Part shown: in pieces, positions 20,627 through 31,042 of the stretch | How the letters are laid out: each line of letters starts with the position of its first letter | Numbering within the stretch: position 1 is the first letter of the stretch | IMG/VR virus record: IMGVR_UViG_3300025000_000004 | Source of the DNA: an uncultured virus (IMG/VR IMGVR_UViG_3300025000_000004) | Lineage: Duplodnaviria; Heunggongvirae; Uroviricota; Caudoviricetes; Crassvirales | Direction: 5' to 3' (one strand) | Length of the DNA: 64,000 nucleotides | Position numbers and translations under genes: made by a program | Notes under the pieces: generated by a model | Database searches by the model: none | What the model was told of the DNA's origin: nothing | The model's input: only the letters and a program-made list of their open reading frames with translations

Positions 20627-21472
20627 ATGATAGAATTTATAAAAAAGAAGTTAGACACTGTGATATTCAAAGTAAATTTTGTATCTTTGTACAAATTCGT
20701 AAAGAAATATATAGTGCGTAGGAAGAAAGTACCATATGCTCTTGGAGCAATCAAAGATATTGATGATCCAAGAGATATCGTATACAAGGTTCGCAGATAT
20801 AAAGGTCTCCCCGAATCTACTAACAGACAAAATATAAGAAAGTTTTGCCATAGGTATGATCAAAAAAGCTTAGGTAGTTGTGTTGGTCATGGTGTTGCAG
20901 AAGCTTATAGACATGTTTTGAAAGTTAACGGGCAACCTGATTTTGCTCCTTCCAGATTATTTGCTTACTATATAGCAAGAGAAGATAAAAAAAATGATAC
21001 TGGTGCATCTATAAGAAATGCTTTTAAAGCAATTAACAAACTTGGATTGTGTAGTGAGAAGACTATTCCTTATCATATAAATAAGTTTGCTGAAACTCCT
21101 TCACCAGAAGCACTTACTGAAGCATTAGATCATCAGTCAATAAGATATGAAAGACTTCCTCAAACGAAGGAAGCTATTAAGGATACTATATCAAGAGGAT
21201 ATCCTGTTGTATATGGTAAATTATTATATGATAGTTTTATGTCAGAGCAAGTAGCTGAGTCTGGTGAGATTCCTCTGCCTGATAAGAATAACGAAACTCT
21301 TCATGGTGGTCACTGTATGGTTATATTCGATTACGATAAGTACGGTACAGTTGAATTGAACTCATGGGGATTCGATTGGGGTCAAGGTGGTCTATGTCAT
21401 GTTCCTTGGGAGTATGTATTAGACCCTAAGTTATGTATGGATTTTTGGACTTTCTACGTGGTGGAGGGTTAA
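20627..21472 (+). CDS. Papain-like cysteine peptidase (C1A)
   Basis: DQKSLGSCV (Q/C), GGHCM (H) and NSWG..WG (N) catalytic motifs. Confidence 0.85.
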   Translation: MIEFIKKKLDTVIFKVNFVSLYKFVKKYIVRRKKVPYALGAIKDIDDPRDIVYKVRRYKGLPESTNRQNIRKFCHRYDQKSLGSCVGHGVAEAYRHVLKVNGQPDFAPSRLFAYYIAREDKKNDTGASIRNAFKAINKLGLCSEKTIPYHINKFAETPSPEALTEALDHQSIRYERLPQTKEAIKDTISRGYPVVYGKLLYDSFMSEQVAESGEIPLPDKNNETLHGGHCMVIFDYDKYGTVELNSWGFDWGQGGLCHVPWEYVLDPKLCMDFWTFYVVEG

Positions 21473-21507
21473 TATATTAATAAATAATAATTAAAAAAGA
21501 GAAGAAA

Positions 21508-22383
21508 ATGAAAAAGTTTTTTGTAATGATTGCGTTATTTGTAATTGCTTTGTTTGCTTTTGGTCAGACGACTGATTCAACTGCTGTAGTTACTTATAAC
21601 TTTGGTGAATCCCTTATGGAATTTTTAAAAGCTAATATGTGGACATTGGCTTTTGTTATCCTGTATTTCCTTTCTGAATGGATTGGAGAGAGTGAAACTA
21701 TTCCTGAAGGTTCGGTATTGCGTAAAATCGTCAATATCTTATTTGGATTAGTGAAGAAGAAAGCAACTGAGTCTCCGAAGATGAAAGCTATGAAAGCTAA
21801 ACATCAGGAAGAACTTAAAGCAGCAGTAAAACCTGCAGAAGAAAAGAAAGGTAAATCTCCTGTAGGCAAGATGCTTATTATCGCAGTTCTGCTTTCAAGT
21901 TTTACTATTGGTGCTTCTGCTCAAACATTTGGTAAGATGTTCAAGCCTGTAACTGTTGAGACTATCAATGCAGTTCAGATGCAAAAACAAATGAAAGGTG
22001 GATCAGATACTCTTGTAGTAAGTGACAAAGGTGTTCTTATTGCAAGATTTGGTGCAACTGTTCTTGGAGCAAAAACCAATTATGATAAAACATTAGGTTC
22101 GTTTGTAACAGAACCATTTGCAAGATCAGGTTTTGGTGTAACCTTTTCAAACTATATTAACAACGAAGGTGAAGCATTCAATAACTATGGTTTTGGTGCA
22201 TACTTACTTTTCCCGTTAGTATCGGATATTGAAGCACAATATATGTCAGTAATGGTTGACGTATCTGCTCTTCAATTACTTGATTCATTTACATTCAATA
22301 TTGGTGTTGGATACGATATAAATAAAGATCGAACATTTGGAGAGAATTGGTTTATTTCTCCCGGTGTAAAGGTTACGTTCTAA
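21508..22383 (+). CDS. Membrane protein: N-terminal TM region plus C-terminal beta-rich domain
   Basis: Signal peptide, TM helix, second internal signal-like segment, C-terminal ..VKVTF. Confidence 0.5.
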   Translation: MKKFFVMIALFVIALFAFGQTTDSTAVVTYNFGESLMEFLKANMWTLAFVILYFLSEWIGESETIPEGSVLRKIVNILFGLVKKKATESPKMKAMKAKHQEELKAAVKPAEEKKGKSPVGKMLIIAVLLSSFTIGASAQTFGKMFKPVTVETINAVQMQKQMKGGSDTLVVSDKGVLIARFGATVLGAKTNYDKTLGSFVTEPFARSGFGVTFSNYINNEGEAFNNYGFGAYLLFPLVSDIEAQYMSVMVDVSALQLLDSFTFNIGVGYDINKDRTFGENWFISPGVKVTF

Positions 22384-22406
22384 CAATAAATTAACATAAG
22401 ATAAAT

Positions 22407-22446
22407 ACCCCAAGTTGTACATCAACGTGTACAACTTGCGGGTTTT
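22407..22446 (+). terminator. Intrinsic terminator
   Basis: CCC-CAAGTTGTACA/TGTACAACTTG-CGGG stem followed by TTTT. Confidence 0.65.
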
Positions 22447-22469
22447 CCAGCTTAAAATAATAGACTATA

Positions 22470-22751
22470 ATGGCAGCGACACAAGCAGAAATTAATGCTT
22501 ACCTCTATAACATCAGGTCGGCATTCGTATCATACGGAAGTAATCTTGCTAATGCAAGAAGATTAGGAAGAACTGATCTACAATGTTATGAGATGAAGTT
22601 CAGGGTTCTGAAATATCTTGTGCGTATATTAGTAGATTATTTTGACAGTAGTGACTACGAGAATATTAACTTCTTTACAAAAGAAGAAGCACGTGATATA
22701 ATGCAGCATATTAATAATATATGCGGCACTAATCATATGATACAATTATAA
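22470..22751 (+). CDS. Hypothetical protein
   Basis: 93 aa ORF in the operon. Confidence 0.5.
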   Translation: MAATQAEINAYLYNIRSAFVSYGSNLANARRLGRTDLQCYEMKFRVLKYLVRILVDYFDSSDYENINFFTKEEARDIMQHINNICGTNHMIQL

Positions 22752-22769
22752 ATTTAAAAAGAAGAAGAG

Positions 22770-23087
22770 ATGAAATTAAACATTCAAGAAAGGCTAACCT
22801 TGGTGAATTTAGTTCCTGAAAAAGGAAACTTTGTGACAATGAGTATGGTTGAAACATTAAGAGAACTTCTTTATCCTTCAGAAGCTGAAGTTAAAAAGTT
22901 CGATCTCAAGCAGAGTGACAGGGTTCTTACATGGAATAGTGAAGGATCAAAGAAGGTAGAAGTTAAAATTACCGATCCTCAAAAGAAATTCATGATGGAT
23001 ATACTTGAGAAACTTTCAGAAGGAGATAATCTTGACTTTCAACAGTACTCTATTTATAAGAGACTTAAAGAAGAGACAAAAGAATAA
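22770..23087 (+). CDS. Hypothetical protein
   Basis: 105 aa; purine-rich upstream sequence; coupled to the next gene. Confidence 0.5.
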   Translation: MKLNIQERLTLVNLVPEKGNFVTMSMVETLRELLYPSEAEVKKFDLKQSDRVLTWNSEGSKKVEVKITDPQKKFMMDILEKLSEGDNLDFQQYSIYKRLKEETKE

Positions 23088-23776
23088 TGGAAAACGTAAC
23101 ACTTAACCAGATTGCTTACGAGATATTTGAAGCTGTCAGAGGTCATATATCTGATGATGATGACATTTCTATAGAGCAGATTAAAGATATGGTTCATGAC
23201 ACAAGAGCCAGATTACTCAAACAAAAGTTTGACAAGAACCCACGTGTAATAGATAATGCGTTCGTTCAATCTCTTGGTGCTTTGGAAATTGAACCTGTAG
23301 ATTCATCAGCTCATTCATCTATCAAAGCAGGAAGATATATGTACAGAACCAAACTTGAAATTCCTCAGACTATTGTACGACATAATTCTGAAGGAACATT
23401 TACAAGAATAGGTCCTGCTGATAAGCTTGCAGTTGAATATAATTTTCTATCTTATAATCGTGCTTTGTATTCTGGCAATGGAAGATTTAACAAGGACATG
23501 ATTTTTTCTTTTTTAAGAGATAGTAAGATATATATCATAAGCAATAGTGGTCTTTTCCATAAAGGAGTTCAGTTTATTGATGTTGCAGGAGTATTTGAGA
23601 ATCCTTCGCAAGTTGCTAAGTTTCTTGATGTAGCAAACAATTCATTATATTCAGATGATGCAAGGTATCCTATAAGCCGTACAATGAAAGATGATATCAC
23701 CAATCTGATACTCAAAGAAAAATTTGGAATACAAGCTAATGCTCCAAGTGATAACGTAAACGATGGAACGCAATAA
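23087..23776 (+). CDS. Tail ring/structural protein (crAss-like)
   Basis: TLNQIAYEI..SDDDDIS..RARLLKQ, GVFENP and YPIS motifs; position before the IHF-like and tubular genes. Confidence 0.6.
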   Translation: MENVTLNQIAYEIFEAVRGHISDDDDISIEQIKDMVHDTRARLLKQKFDKNPRVIDNAFVQSLGALEIEPVDSSAHSSIKAGRYMYRTKLEIPQTIVRHNSEGTFTRIGPADKLAVEYNFLSYNRALYSGNGRFNKDMIFSFLRDSKIYIISNSGLFHKGVQFIDVAGVFENPSQVAKFLDVANNSLYSDDARYPISRTMKDDITNLILKEKFGIQANAPSDNVNDGTQ

Positions 23777-24272
23777 GTCACGCCATAATGGTATAAATGA
23801 AATCTATAAGTTCTACAAGAAGAATAGTAAGAATCCTGTTGAACAGAAATTGTTTGTATCTCTCTGGAAAGAATTTGCCGATCTAACGACAAATGATATT
23901 GTTGCTGGAAAAGATTTTGTGATGCCGTTTCGTATTGGTGTATTAGGAATACGTAAAAGAAAAATACAGGTTACTCTTAATCCCGATGGAACTATTGATA
24001 AACGTTATCTTCGCCCAGACTGGAAATCAACAAAAGAACTCTGGAAAAGAGATGACGAAGCCAAAGAAAGAAAACAGATAGTATTCCATTTGAATAAACA
24101 TTTTGGTGGGTTTAACTGTAAATGGTTCTGGGATAAGAGTACCTGTTGTATTATAAATCAAACCGCTTACTCACTTGTAATGAGTAGAGAGAATAAAAGA
24201 AAACTTGCGAAAGCAATATTTGAAGGAGAAGTTGATTACTATGAACAGCGTCCAAAGATAATAACAAATTGA
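23763..24272 (+). CDS. IHF/HU-like protein of crAss tail region
   Basis: Basic; FVMPFRIGVLGIRKRK, PDWKSTKELW and HLNKH motifs; conserved position before the tail tubular gene. Confidence 0.65.
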   Translation: MERNKSRHNGINEIYKFYKKNSKNPVEQKLFVSLWKEFADLTTNDIVAGKDFVMPFRIGVLGIRKRKIQVTLNPDGTIDKRYLRPDWKSTKELWKRDDEAKERKQIVFHLNKHFGGFNCKWFWDKSTCCIINQTAYSLVMSRENKRKLAKAIFEGEVDYYEQRPKIITN

Positions 24273-24287
24273 TTTAAAATATAAAAG

Positions 24288-25025
24288 ATGAGTTTAAGTG
24301 GGAAATATATTGATATCACGTATGTTGTTGAACGTTTGTATCGTGATTATGGATTCGATCTCGAAATCAAATTCGATGAACTGGTTGAATGGGTTTGGGA
24401 TGTGATCTCATTAATAGGTGCTCCTACAGCATTTATTGATAAGATTACAGACGGAACAGAAGGAATGCCTGATCCTATTGTAATAGAGAACTATCGTGGT
24501 GTTCTTCCAAGTGATCTTCATCATATAGTTCTTGCAAGAGATTACGATACGAAGATGCCAATGATCTGTAAATCAAGTTCTTTTGTAAAAGATACACAAC
24601 AGTCATACGTAAGGGAATCGCAATACAGTTATATTGTGAATAACAATTATATGTTTACTTCATTTGAATCAGGTGAAGTAGAACTTAATTACAAGGCGTT
24701 TCCTACAAATAACTTAGGAATGCCGATGATTCCTGATGATATCAAATTCGTAATGGCGACTCAGGCATATCTCGCTGAACGTATTGGATTCAGACTTTGG
24801 ATGCAGGAAAAACTTTCAAGAGATAGATACGAGAAACTGGAAATAGAACGTAACTGGTATATTGGTGCAGCTTCAGCTAAAGCTCAAGTTCCTTCAATAG
24901 ACGAAATGGAATCTATCAAGAACAGATTTCTCAGACTTAAGATCAATACTAACTTTCATGATGCTTCATTTACTTATTCTTCTGAGAAAGAAAGATTAAT
25001 ACTACACAATAACAGTGGATACTAA
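24288..25025 (+). CDS. Tail tubular/ring protein (P22 gp4-like)
   Basis: 245 aa; TSFESGEVELNYKAFPT..GMPMIPDD motif; directly before the muzzle gene. Confidence 0.65.
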   Translation: MSLSGKYIDITYVVERLYRDYGFDLEIKFDELVEWVWDVISLIGAPTAFIDKITDGTEGMPDPIVIENYRGVLPSDLHHIVLARDYDTKMPMICKSSSFVKDTQQSYVRESQYSYIVNNNYMFTSFESGEVELNYKAFPTNNLGMPMIPDDIKFVMATQAYLAERIGFRLWMQEKLSRDRYEKLEIERNWYIGAASAKAQVPSIDEMESIKNRFLRLKINTNFHDASFTYSSEKERLILHNNSGY

Positions 25026-28000
25026 TGGCAGAATTCAGAAATACTTTCAGTCAGGGATTAGATCAGGATTCATCAAAGAACAAATATGATAATCTTCATT
25101 ATTTCTCTGCAGAGAATATACGACCTATAACTCAGGACGGTTTAAGTTCCGGGGCAATTGAGAACGTACTTGGTAACTTGCAGCGTCTTTACTGCAATGA
25201 TGGTAGCAGTCACTATGTCATAGGACATACTGTAATAAGAGATCATATCCTGCTTTTTACAACTACTAACAACACGAATACTCCTAATGGAGCATCTACA
25301 GACAGAATCTGGAAAGTAGCAATAAGTTCTATTGAAACACTTGTAGGAGTTAATTTCTATACCTTAAGTAATACAAGATTCCATCTTGGGGGTAACTTAA
25401 TATATACAGGTAGTCTTTATTTCTGTACAGGTAACAAGATACGTTCTGTAGGAAGATTTGAAAATGATGCAATACAGAAGTTATATTGGGTTGACGGATA
25501 TAATAATCTTCGTCATATCAATACTATTCATAACGCAGATACAAATGATCTTACAAACCTTACAGCAGATAAGCTTGAGGTTATCAGTGACTTTATGATT
25601 ACCCGTCCTGAACTTGATTCTTTTGAGGCAGGTAATCTTCGTGCAGGTAAAGTACAATATACTTATCAGTTGTACGTTATTAACGGAGGTGAGACTGTAT
25701 TCAGTCCAATGAGTCATCTTATCAACGTAGTAGGATCAAATGAACAGGCAAGTACTACTGATGCTTACGAAGGAAGTGATCTTGACGAACAGACAGGTAA
25801 AGCCGTTAGATGCACAATTGATATTCAGGCTACAGGTTACAACAGGATAAGAATTGTAGCTGTTCATTACACAACGCTTCAGGCTGATCCTGAAATCAGA
25901 ATCATCGAGGAGAAAGATATATCTCCTACAGGAGGATCAACTTCTTTTGTAGATGCCGGACAAAGCTATGGAAGTCTTACTCTTGAGCAATTAAGAATCC
26001 TTGGAACATATCTGTTTGTTCCGAAAGAGATAAGCGTAAAAGACAATATGCTCTTTCCTGCTAACATTACAGAGACATCTTTCGATATAGACTTTGATGC
26101 AAGGGCATATCGCTTCGCAGGAGCGAGTGGAACATCAACTGATCCCAACTATCAACTCACTGCCGGATTGAGGCGTAAATCGAGAATTTACGATAGTCAA
26201 GGCAATTATTATGAAGGAGACGGAACTAATCCTGTAGGAGTATGGACTGGTAGTGGTTTAGCAAACGTAACAGGATGGGCAAACATACCTGCAGACTTTG
26301 ATGCTATCAATAACTTTAATGATATTGATAATGATGGTGATCATAACTATCGTTTCATGTATCAAGCAGACGGAGTTGTACTTGGAGGCGAAGGACCATA
26401 TATAAAATATACATTCAAAGTTAAGACTGTTGAACTTGACAATAATGCAGGTGTTCAGTATATTAGAGCAGGACTTGAAAGTATTCCTGATAATCCTTCA
26501 TTCACTAATTACGCAAGTCCTTATCAGTGTGCTAAATATCTTGGATATGCAAGAGATGAAGTATATCGTTTCGGTATAGTCTTCTTTGATGATAAAGGTC
26601 GTAGTTCATTTGTCAAATGGATAGGTGATATTCGTATGCCTTCTATAAGTACAGAAGGTAGTATTAATTTATATGATCCTGATGGTGGTAGTCCTACTTG
26701 GCAAACAGATAGAATTGAAGTTCAAGATTATGCCGGTGGTTCAGATTGTGAATATCGTGTATGGATAGATGGTAATCCTGTTCCAACAGGATATGGATAT
26801 ACTTATAATGAAGCAAGTGAAGATGATGCAATGGATGGTATACTTGCTGCTATTTCATTTATATTTGATGTATCAATTTCAAACGTAAACTATGTTAATA
26901 ATACATTTGATATAACTTATGAAATAATTGGTGGATCACATACACTTGATATTCAAAGATGGATTGGAGGATTACAAGTTTCAATTAGTTATGCTACTAC
27001 AAATATTACTCCTTATGCGGGTGCAGGTGGAGAACTTACAAACTTCTCTTCTGTATACTATGATTCTATTGCAGGTAAACTTAAAATGAATATTCTATAT
27101 CCTGAATTTACAGTTAACCTGACAGGAACAGAAGCTGAAGATCTTTCATATCAGATTGTAAGAGTTCGTAGAGAAACTAATGATAGATCAATTCGTGCAC
27201 AAGGAGTTGTAACAGGAACTTATGCTGATAGCAATAACAGACATCCTTATAGTTGGGGGCAGGAAACAGTGTGGAACACTTCTATTGTTTGTTTCAATTC
27301 TCCTGAAGTAGCGTTTAATAAGAATCTTACAAGACAATCAGGAGACAAACTTCAGATTGTTGGAACACTTGGAGAATTACAAAGTGATAATATCAGTAAT
27401 CTGTATCGTAGAAAATACAGAGAGATACTTGCTTTAACTGATCCTCAGGACAGACCAGCAGTTGCTGTAGCCGGAGATGAGTTTTATATTAATAATTTTA
27501 CGGATGTAAATAATGGAATTGTAGTGACAATGGATACCAATGATGCACTTATTGGTTCATATACTTATTCTAAAGTAATGAAAACAAGTGCAGGTGTTGA
27601 TTTGGATGCAGATAAAGGAACAAACTTTGCATGTCAAATAGCTAATACAAGTTGGGCAGCACTCAACTCAGCTGCAGCTACAAGACCTCTTGTTAACTAC
27701 AGACGAAATGTATTTACTTATCAGTACAATGGTAATACTTACGAATCCCGTTCAAGAAACTTCTATATGGCAACAGGAAGGGTTCAGATACTTAACTCAG
27801 CTGTAATCCCTGTATTTGACGGAGACACTTATATTTCTCTCTTTGATTATCTTCATGCAGGATGGGAAGTTCTTTCTGCTACAGGAAGATGTGAAGTGGT
27901 ATACTTTCCTGTAGAAACTTCAATCAACCTTGATCTGAGAATGGATACTTGTTATCATGCTCAGACTGTTGCAGGAGTAGCTGATGCTGAAGTTCAATAT

Positions 28001-29212
28001 ATGAGAGAGCAACAAGGAGTACATGGACCTGCAGCAGAGTACGTACAACCTACAGATTTATATATCTACAATACAGTTTATTCAAAAGAAAATACTACTA
28101 AGATTCATCTGATCAGACCATTCGATTGGTTTGAACAGGTTAAATTTGATACAAGAGTTCTTGCATCTAATGTGAAGATTAATAATGAACTATCAGATAG
28201 TTGGTTGAAGTTTGGAGTTAATTCTTATCTTGATGTTGATCCTCAGTACGGAGAATTGATTGCTCTTATGAACATCAATAATCAAATGTTATTCTTCCAG
28301 CCTAAAGCGTTCGGTACTTTGTCAATCAACGAACGTGCCCTTTTACAAACAAGTTCAATATCACAACTTAGTCTTGGTCGATCAGGAGTTCTCGCAAGGT
28401 TTGATTATGCCAAGACAGAGATGGGAGTTTCTCATCGTGATCATATAGTTCTCAGTCAGAATGGATTATATTGGATTGATGTTATCAATAAAGCAATGTA
28501 TAAGTTTACAGGTGGTCCTGAAGAACTCTCTATGATGAAAGGTATGAGTAGTTATTTCAGAACAAAACTTACAGGTACACTTGTACTCGGAGATATCATT
28601 CTATTCCATGATCCTGCTTATAAAGAAATATCAGTTGTTAGTTCTACTATAGGAAATCAATATCATCTTGTGTACAATGAACTAACTGATTCATTTACAT
28701 CTTTCTATACTTATTATCCTACATATGTTATTAACTACAATGATAAGGTATTAAGTTCAAACAACAAGATTAACTTCTATCGTCATAATGATGCTTCAGC
28801 AAACAGATGTGCATTCTATGGATCAGTTGCTGCTCCATCTAATATTACGTTGATTGTTAATCCGTCTTCAATGGATACAGCCATATTTACTAATCTTGAA
28901 TGGTTAACTGAAGTATACAATGGAGTGGATAATGTCTATAACGAAACATTCACATCTCTTCGTGCAAGTAACGACTATCAGGATACAGGAACAGTAACTC
29001 TTACATATGGAACTACTGTAAAGAGAAGAATGAGAAGATGGAGACACACTATAGGAAGAGCTGCACTTACAGAAACTGGTGCTGCTCAATCTCGCTTAGA
29101 TGCAAGAATGAGAGATACTTACATGAAATTGAAACTTGATTTCAGCAATGCTCTTGCTCGAAAACTTGTAGTTCATGACATAATAACTTTCTTTACAGTA
29201 GCTAATAAATAA
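25025..29212 (+). CDS. Tail stabilization/muzzle protein (P22 gp10-like)
   Basis: 1395 aa; NTFSQGLDQD start, KLYWVDGYN, GYARDEVYRFGIVF, DSWLKF..LDVDPQYG, YNELTDSFTSFY, RMRDTY. Confidence 0.8.
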   Translation: MAEFRNTFSQGLDQDSSKNKYDNLHYFSAENIRPITQDGLSSGAIENVLGNLQRLYCNDGSSHYVIGHTVIRDHILLFTTTNNTNTPNGASTDRIWKVAISSIETLVGVNFYTLSNTRFHLGGNLIYTGSLYFCTGNKIRSVGRFENDAIQKLYWVDGYNNLRHINTIHNADTNDLTNLTADKLEVISDFMITRPELDSFEAGNLRAGKVQYTYQLYVINGGETVFSPMSHLINVVGSNEQASTTDAYEGSDLDEQTGKAVRCTIDIQATGYNRIRIVAVHYTTLQADPEIRIIEEKDISPTGGSTSFVDAGQSYGSLTLEQLRILGTYLFVPKEISVKDNMLFPANITETSFDIDFDARAYRFAGASGTSTDPNYQLTAGLRRKSRIYDSQGNYYEGDGTNPVGVWTGSGLANVTGWANIPADFDAINNFNDIDNDGDHNYRFMYQADGVVLGGEGPYIKYTFKVKTVELDNNAGVQYIRAGLESIPDNPSFTNYASPYQCAKYLGYARDEVYRFGIVFFDDKGRSSFVKWIGDIRMPSISTEGSINLYDPDGGSPTWQTDRIEVQDYAGGSDCEYRVWIDGNPVPTGYGYTYNEASEDDAMDGILAAISFIFDVSISNVNYVNNTFDITYEIIGGSHTLDIQRWIGGLQVSISYATTNITPYAGAGGELTNFSSVYYDSIAGKLKMNILYPEFTVNLTGTEAEDLSYQIVRVRRETNDRSIRAQGVVTGTYADSNNRHPYSWGQETVWNTSIVCFNSPEVAFNKNLTRQSGDKLQIVGTLGELQSDNISNLYRRKYREILALTDPQDRPAVAVAGDEFYINNFTDVNNGIVVTMDTNDALIGSYTYSKVMKTSAGVDLDADKGTNFACQIANTSWAALNSAAATRPLVNYRRNVFTYQYNGNTYESRSRNFYMATGRVQILNSAVIPVFDGDTYISLFDYLHAGWEVLSATGRCEVVYFPVETSINLDLRMDTCYHAQTVAGVADAEVQYMREQQGVHGPAAEYVQPTDLYIYNTVYSKENTTKIHLIRPFDWFEQVKFDTRVLASNVKINNELSDSWLKFGVNSYLDVDPQYGELIALMNINNQMLFFQPKAFGTLSINERALLQTSSISQLSLGRSGVLARFDYAKTEMGVSHRDHIVLSQNGLYWIDVINKAMYKFTGGPEELSMMKGMSSYFRTKLTGTLVLGDIILFHDPAYKEISVVSSTIGNQYHLVYNELTDSFTSFYTYYPTYVINYNDKVLSSNNKINFYRHNDASANRCAFYGSVAAPSNITLIVNPSSMDTAIFTNLEWLTEVYNGVDNVYNETFTSLRASNDYQDTGTVTLTYGTTVKRRMRRWRHTIGRAALTETGAAQSRLDARMRDTYMKLKLDFSNALARKLVVHDIITFFTVANK

Positions 29213-29226
29213 TACTATCTAAAATA

Positions 29227-29258
29227 TTTGGAAGTTATTAATACGTTTATTAATTTTA
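29227..29258 (+). promoter_or_regulatory. Probable Bacteroidota-type promoter for ejection-protein/RNAP genes
   Basis: TTTG-N20-TAATTTTA (one mismatch); flanks ATCTAA.. and ..AAAC are shared with the 780-811 promoter. Confidence 0.45.
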
Positions 29259-29292
29259 CAAACAGGGGAAACTCGATCTAATAATTTTTATT

Positions 29293-30360
29293 ATGCCTGG
29301 AGATAAAAAGAAAGCAGTACAACAAAAGTATTCAGCCTTTATTCGTGATGCTGCTAATAGTGAAGCACTTAAAGAAAAAGCAAGACTCGATTATTATAAT
29401 CAGAGACTTGACAGTACTCTTTATGGACAAGATCTCGATAAATTTAAACAGATGAAACAATCTGTTACGGGAGGTATGCAGAGAAGAGCCGAGTTTGCTG
29501 ACAACTTTATAAAGACAAATAAATTTGAGAGAGAACTCTTTCCTGATCAGATGCGTGAGATACTTGGTGAAGAAGAGTTTGCAGATTATGCCAAGATTAA
29601 ACCAAGATACACTGTAGAGAAACAGGTAGAAGGTACACAGACGACCGATCCTATGATATATGGAATGAGAAATAGTTTTGCTAATCCTCAACCGGGATAT
29701 ATCAGGACAATGACAGACCCAAACAGACAACCAGTTGCAGATTTTCAAATGGATATGGCGTATGATCCTACTAAAGGATATACTCCTACATCAAAGATAG
29801 CTAAAGAATATGAGTATGGTGGGTACATGATGCCTCAGTATGGATTTGGTAGCTGGCTTAAAGAGAATGGTGCAGGTCTTCTTAAAGGAGCAGGATCACT
29901 TATTAAATTAATTCCCGGAGTGGGAACTATTGCTGGTCCTCTTTTAGATGTTGCAGGTAGTGTTGTAGGAGGAATGCAAGCAAATAAACAAGCTCAGGCA
30001 GAAGCAGATGCACAACAAAAGAGTATTGATCAAAAGAAAGTTGCTGATACAAAAGAACAACTCATGCTGGATACTGCTACCCGTAGTCAGAATTTGTTTG
30101 GTGGAGATAAAAATATAAATTACGGAGAAACGTTTGCAATGGGTGGAGACCTCATGATGGGACAATCCCCAATGCAACCGCAAATCACAGAATATTCAGA
30201 GAAGGCTAACTTACATTCGGAAGGTATTGGTGGAGTACCCGTAGATGTAAGAGGTAATCCTACAAAAGTGTCAAAAACATCAGCAGTAGGGATGACAGAA
30301 GGAGGAGAAATCACTTGGAATTCTTATGTTTTTTCAAATAAATTAAAATGTAATGGGTAA
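29293..30360 (+). CDS. Putative internal virion (ejection/cargo) protein
   Basis: YxxGG repeats, Gly-rich amphipathic segment, HSEGIGGVP and EGGE..YVFS motifs. Confidence 0.55.
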   Translation: MPGDKKKAVQQKYSAFIRDAANSEALKEKARLDYYNQRLDSTLYGQDLDKFKQMKQSVTGGMQRRAEFADNFIKTNKFERELFPDQMREILGEEEFADYAKIKPRYTVEKQVEGTQTTDPMIYGMRNSFANPQPGYIRTMTDPNRQPVADFQMDMAYDPTKGYTPTSKIAKEYEYGGYMMPQYGFGSWLKENGAGLLKGAGSLIKLIPGVGTIAGPLLDVAGSVVGGMQANKQAQAEADAQQKSIDQKKVADTKEQLMLDTATRSQNLFGGDKNINYGETFAMGGDLMMGQSPMQPQITEYSEKANLHSEGIGGVPVDVRGNPTKVSKTSAVGMTEGGEITWNSYVFSNKLKCNG

Positions 30361-31042
30361 AAGTTCGCATTTACATAAACTACATAATTATACAGATGAA
30401 GAACTGTCTAAAACAGGAGTGTATGCGATTATATCTAAAGTTAACAATAAGATATATATTGGGTCAGCTTCACATCTGTCAAATGTAAATCCTTCTCATT
30501 CTGGATTTTGGGGAAGATGGAATATGCATTTACAACATTTAAAAAGAAATATTCATCATTCTAAATACTTACAAAGACATTTTAATAAACATGGAATTAA
30601 TTCTTTAAAATTTGAAATATTAGGATTTCATAATCCTGAAGAATGTGAATCTAAAGAATCAGAATATATTATTTTATATAATACTATAGAATTTGGATTC
30701 AACGAAAGTATAGATACTAAACTTAAATCTGGAAAAGAAAATCCAAATTATAAAGATTTAAATAAAAACGATGTTTTACAAAAATATGGTGAAGTAAAAC
30801 ATATAGGCATTACAGCAAAATATTTTAATGTAGGAAAAGAAAAAATATGTACTATTCTTGAAGAGTATAACATTTTAAGACAAAATAGAACATATACTAA
30901 TTTAGATTACAATTCTATATATAATGAATATATAGTTGAAAATCTTTCTGTAAATAAATTAGCACTTAAATATAATGTTGACAAAAACACAATATCCAAT
31001 AACTTTAAAAAACTTGGATATAAAATGAAATACGAAATATAA
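30353..31042 (+). CDS. GIY-YIG homing endonuclease
   Basis: GVYAI..IYIGS, R..H and E..YI..GFN motifs; C-terminal HTH-like repeats; markedly AT-rich compared with neighbours. Confidence 0.85.
   Translation: MGKSSHLHKLHNYTDEELSKTGVYAIISKVNNKIYIGSASHLSNVNPSHSGFWGRWNMHLQHLKRNIHHSKYLQRHFNKHGINSLKFEILGFHNPEECESKESEYIILYNTIEFGFNESIDTKLKSGKENPNYKDLNKNDVLQKYGEVKHIGITAKYFNVGKEKICTILEEYNILRQNRTYTNLDYNSIYNEYIVENLSVNKLALKYNVDKNTISNNFKKLGYKMKYEI

Noticed and set aside
30353..31042. Group I intron around the GIY-YIG gene
   Set aside because: No flanking non-coding space and no recognisable P7 core by eye
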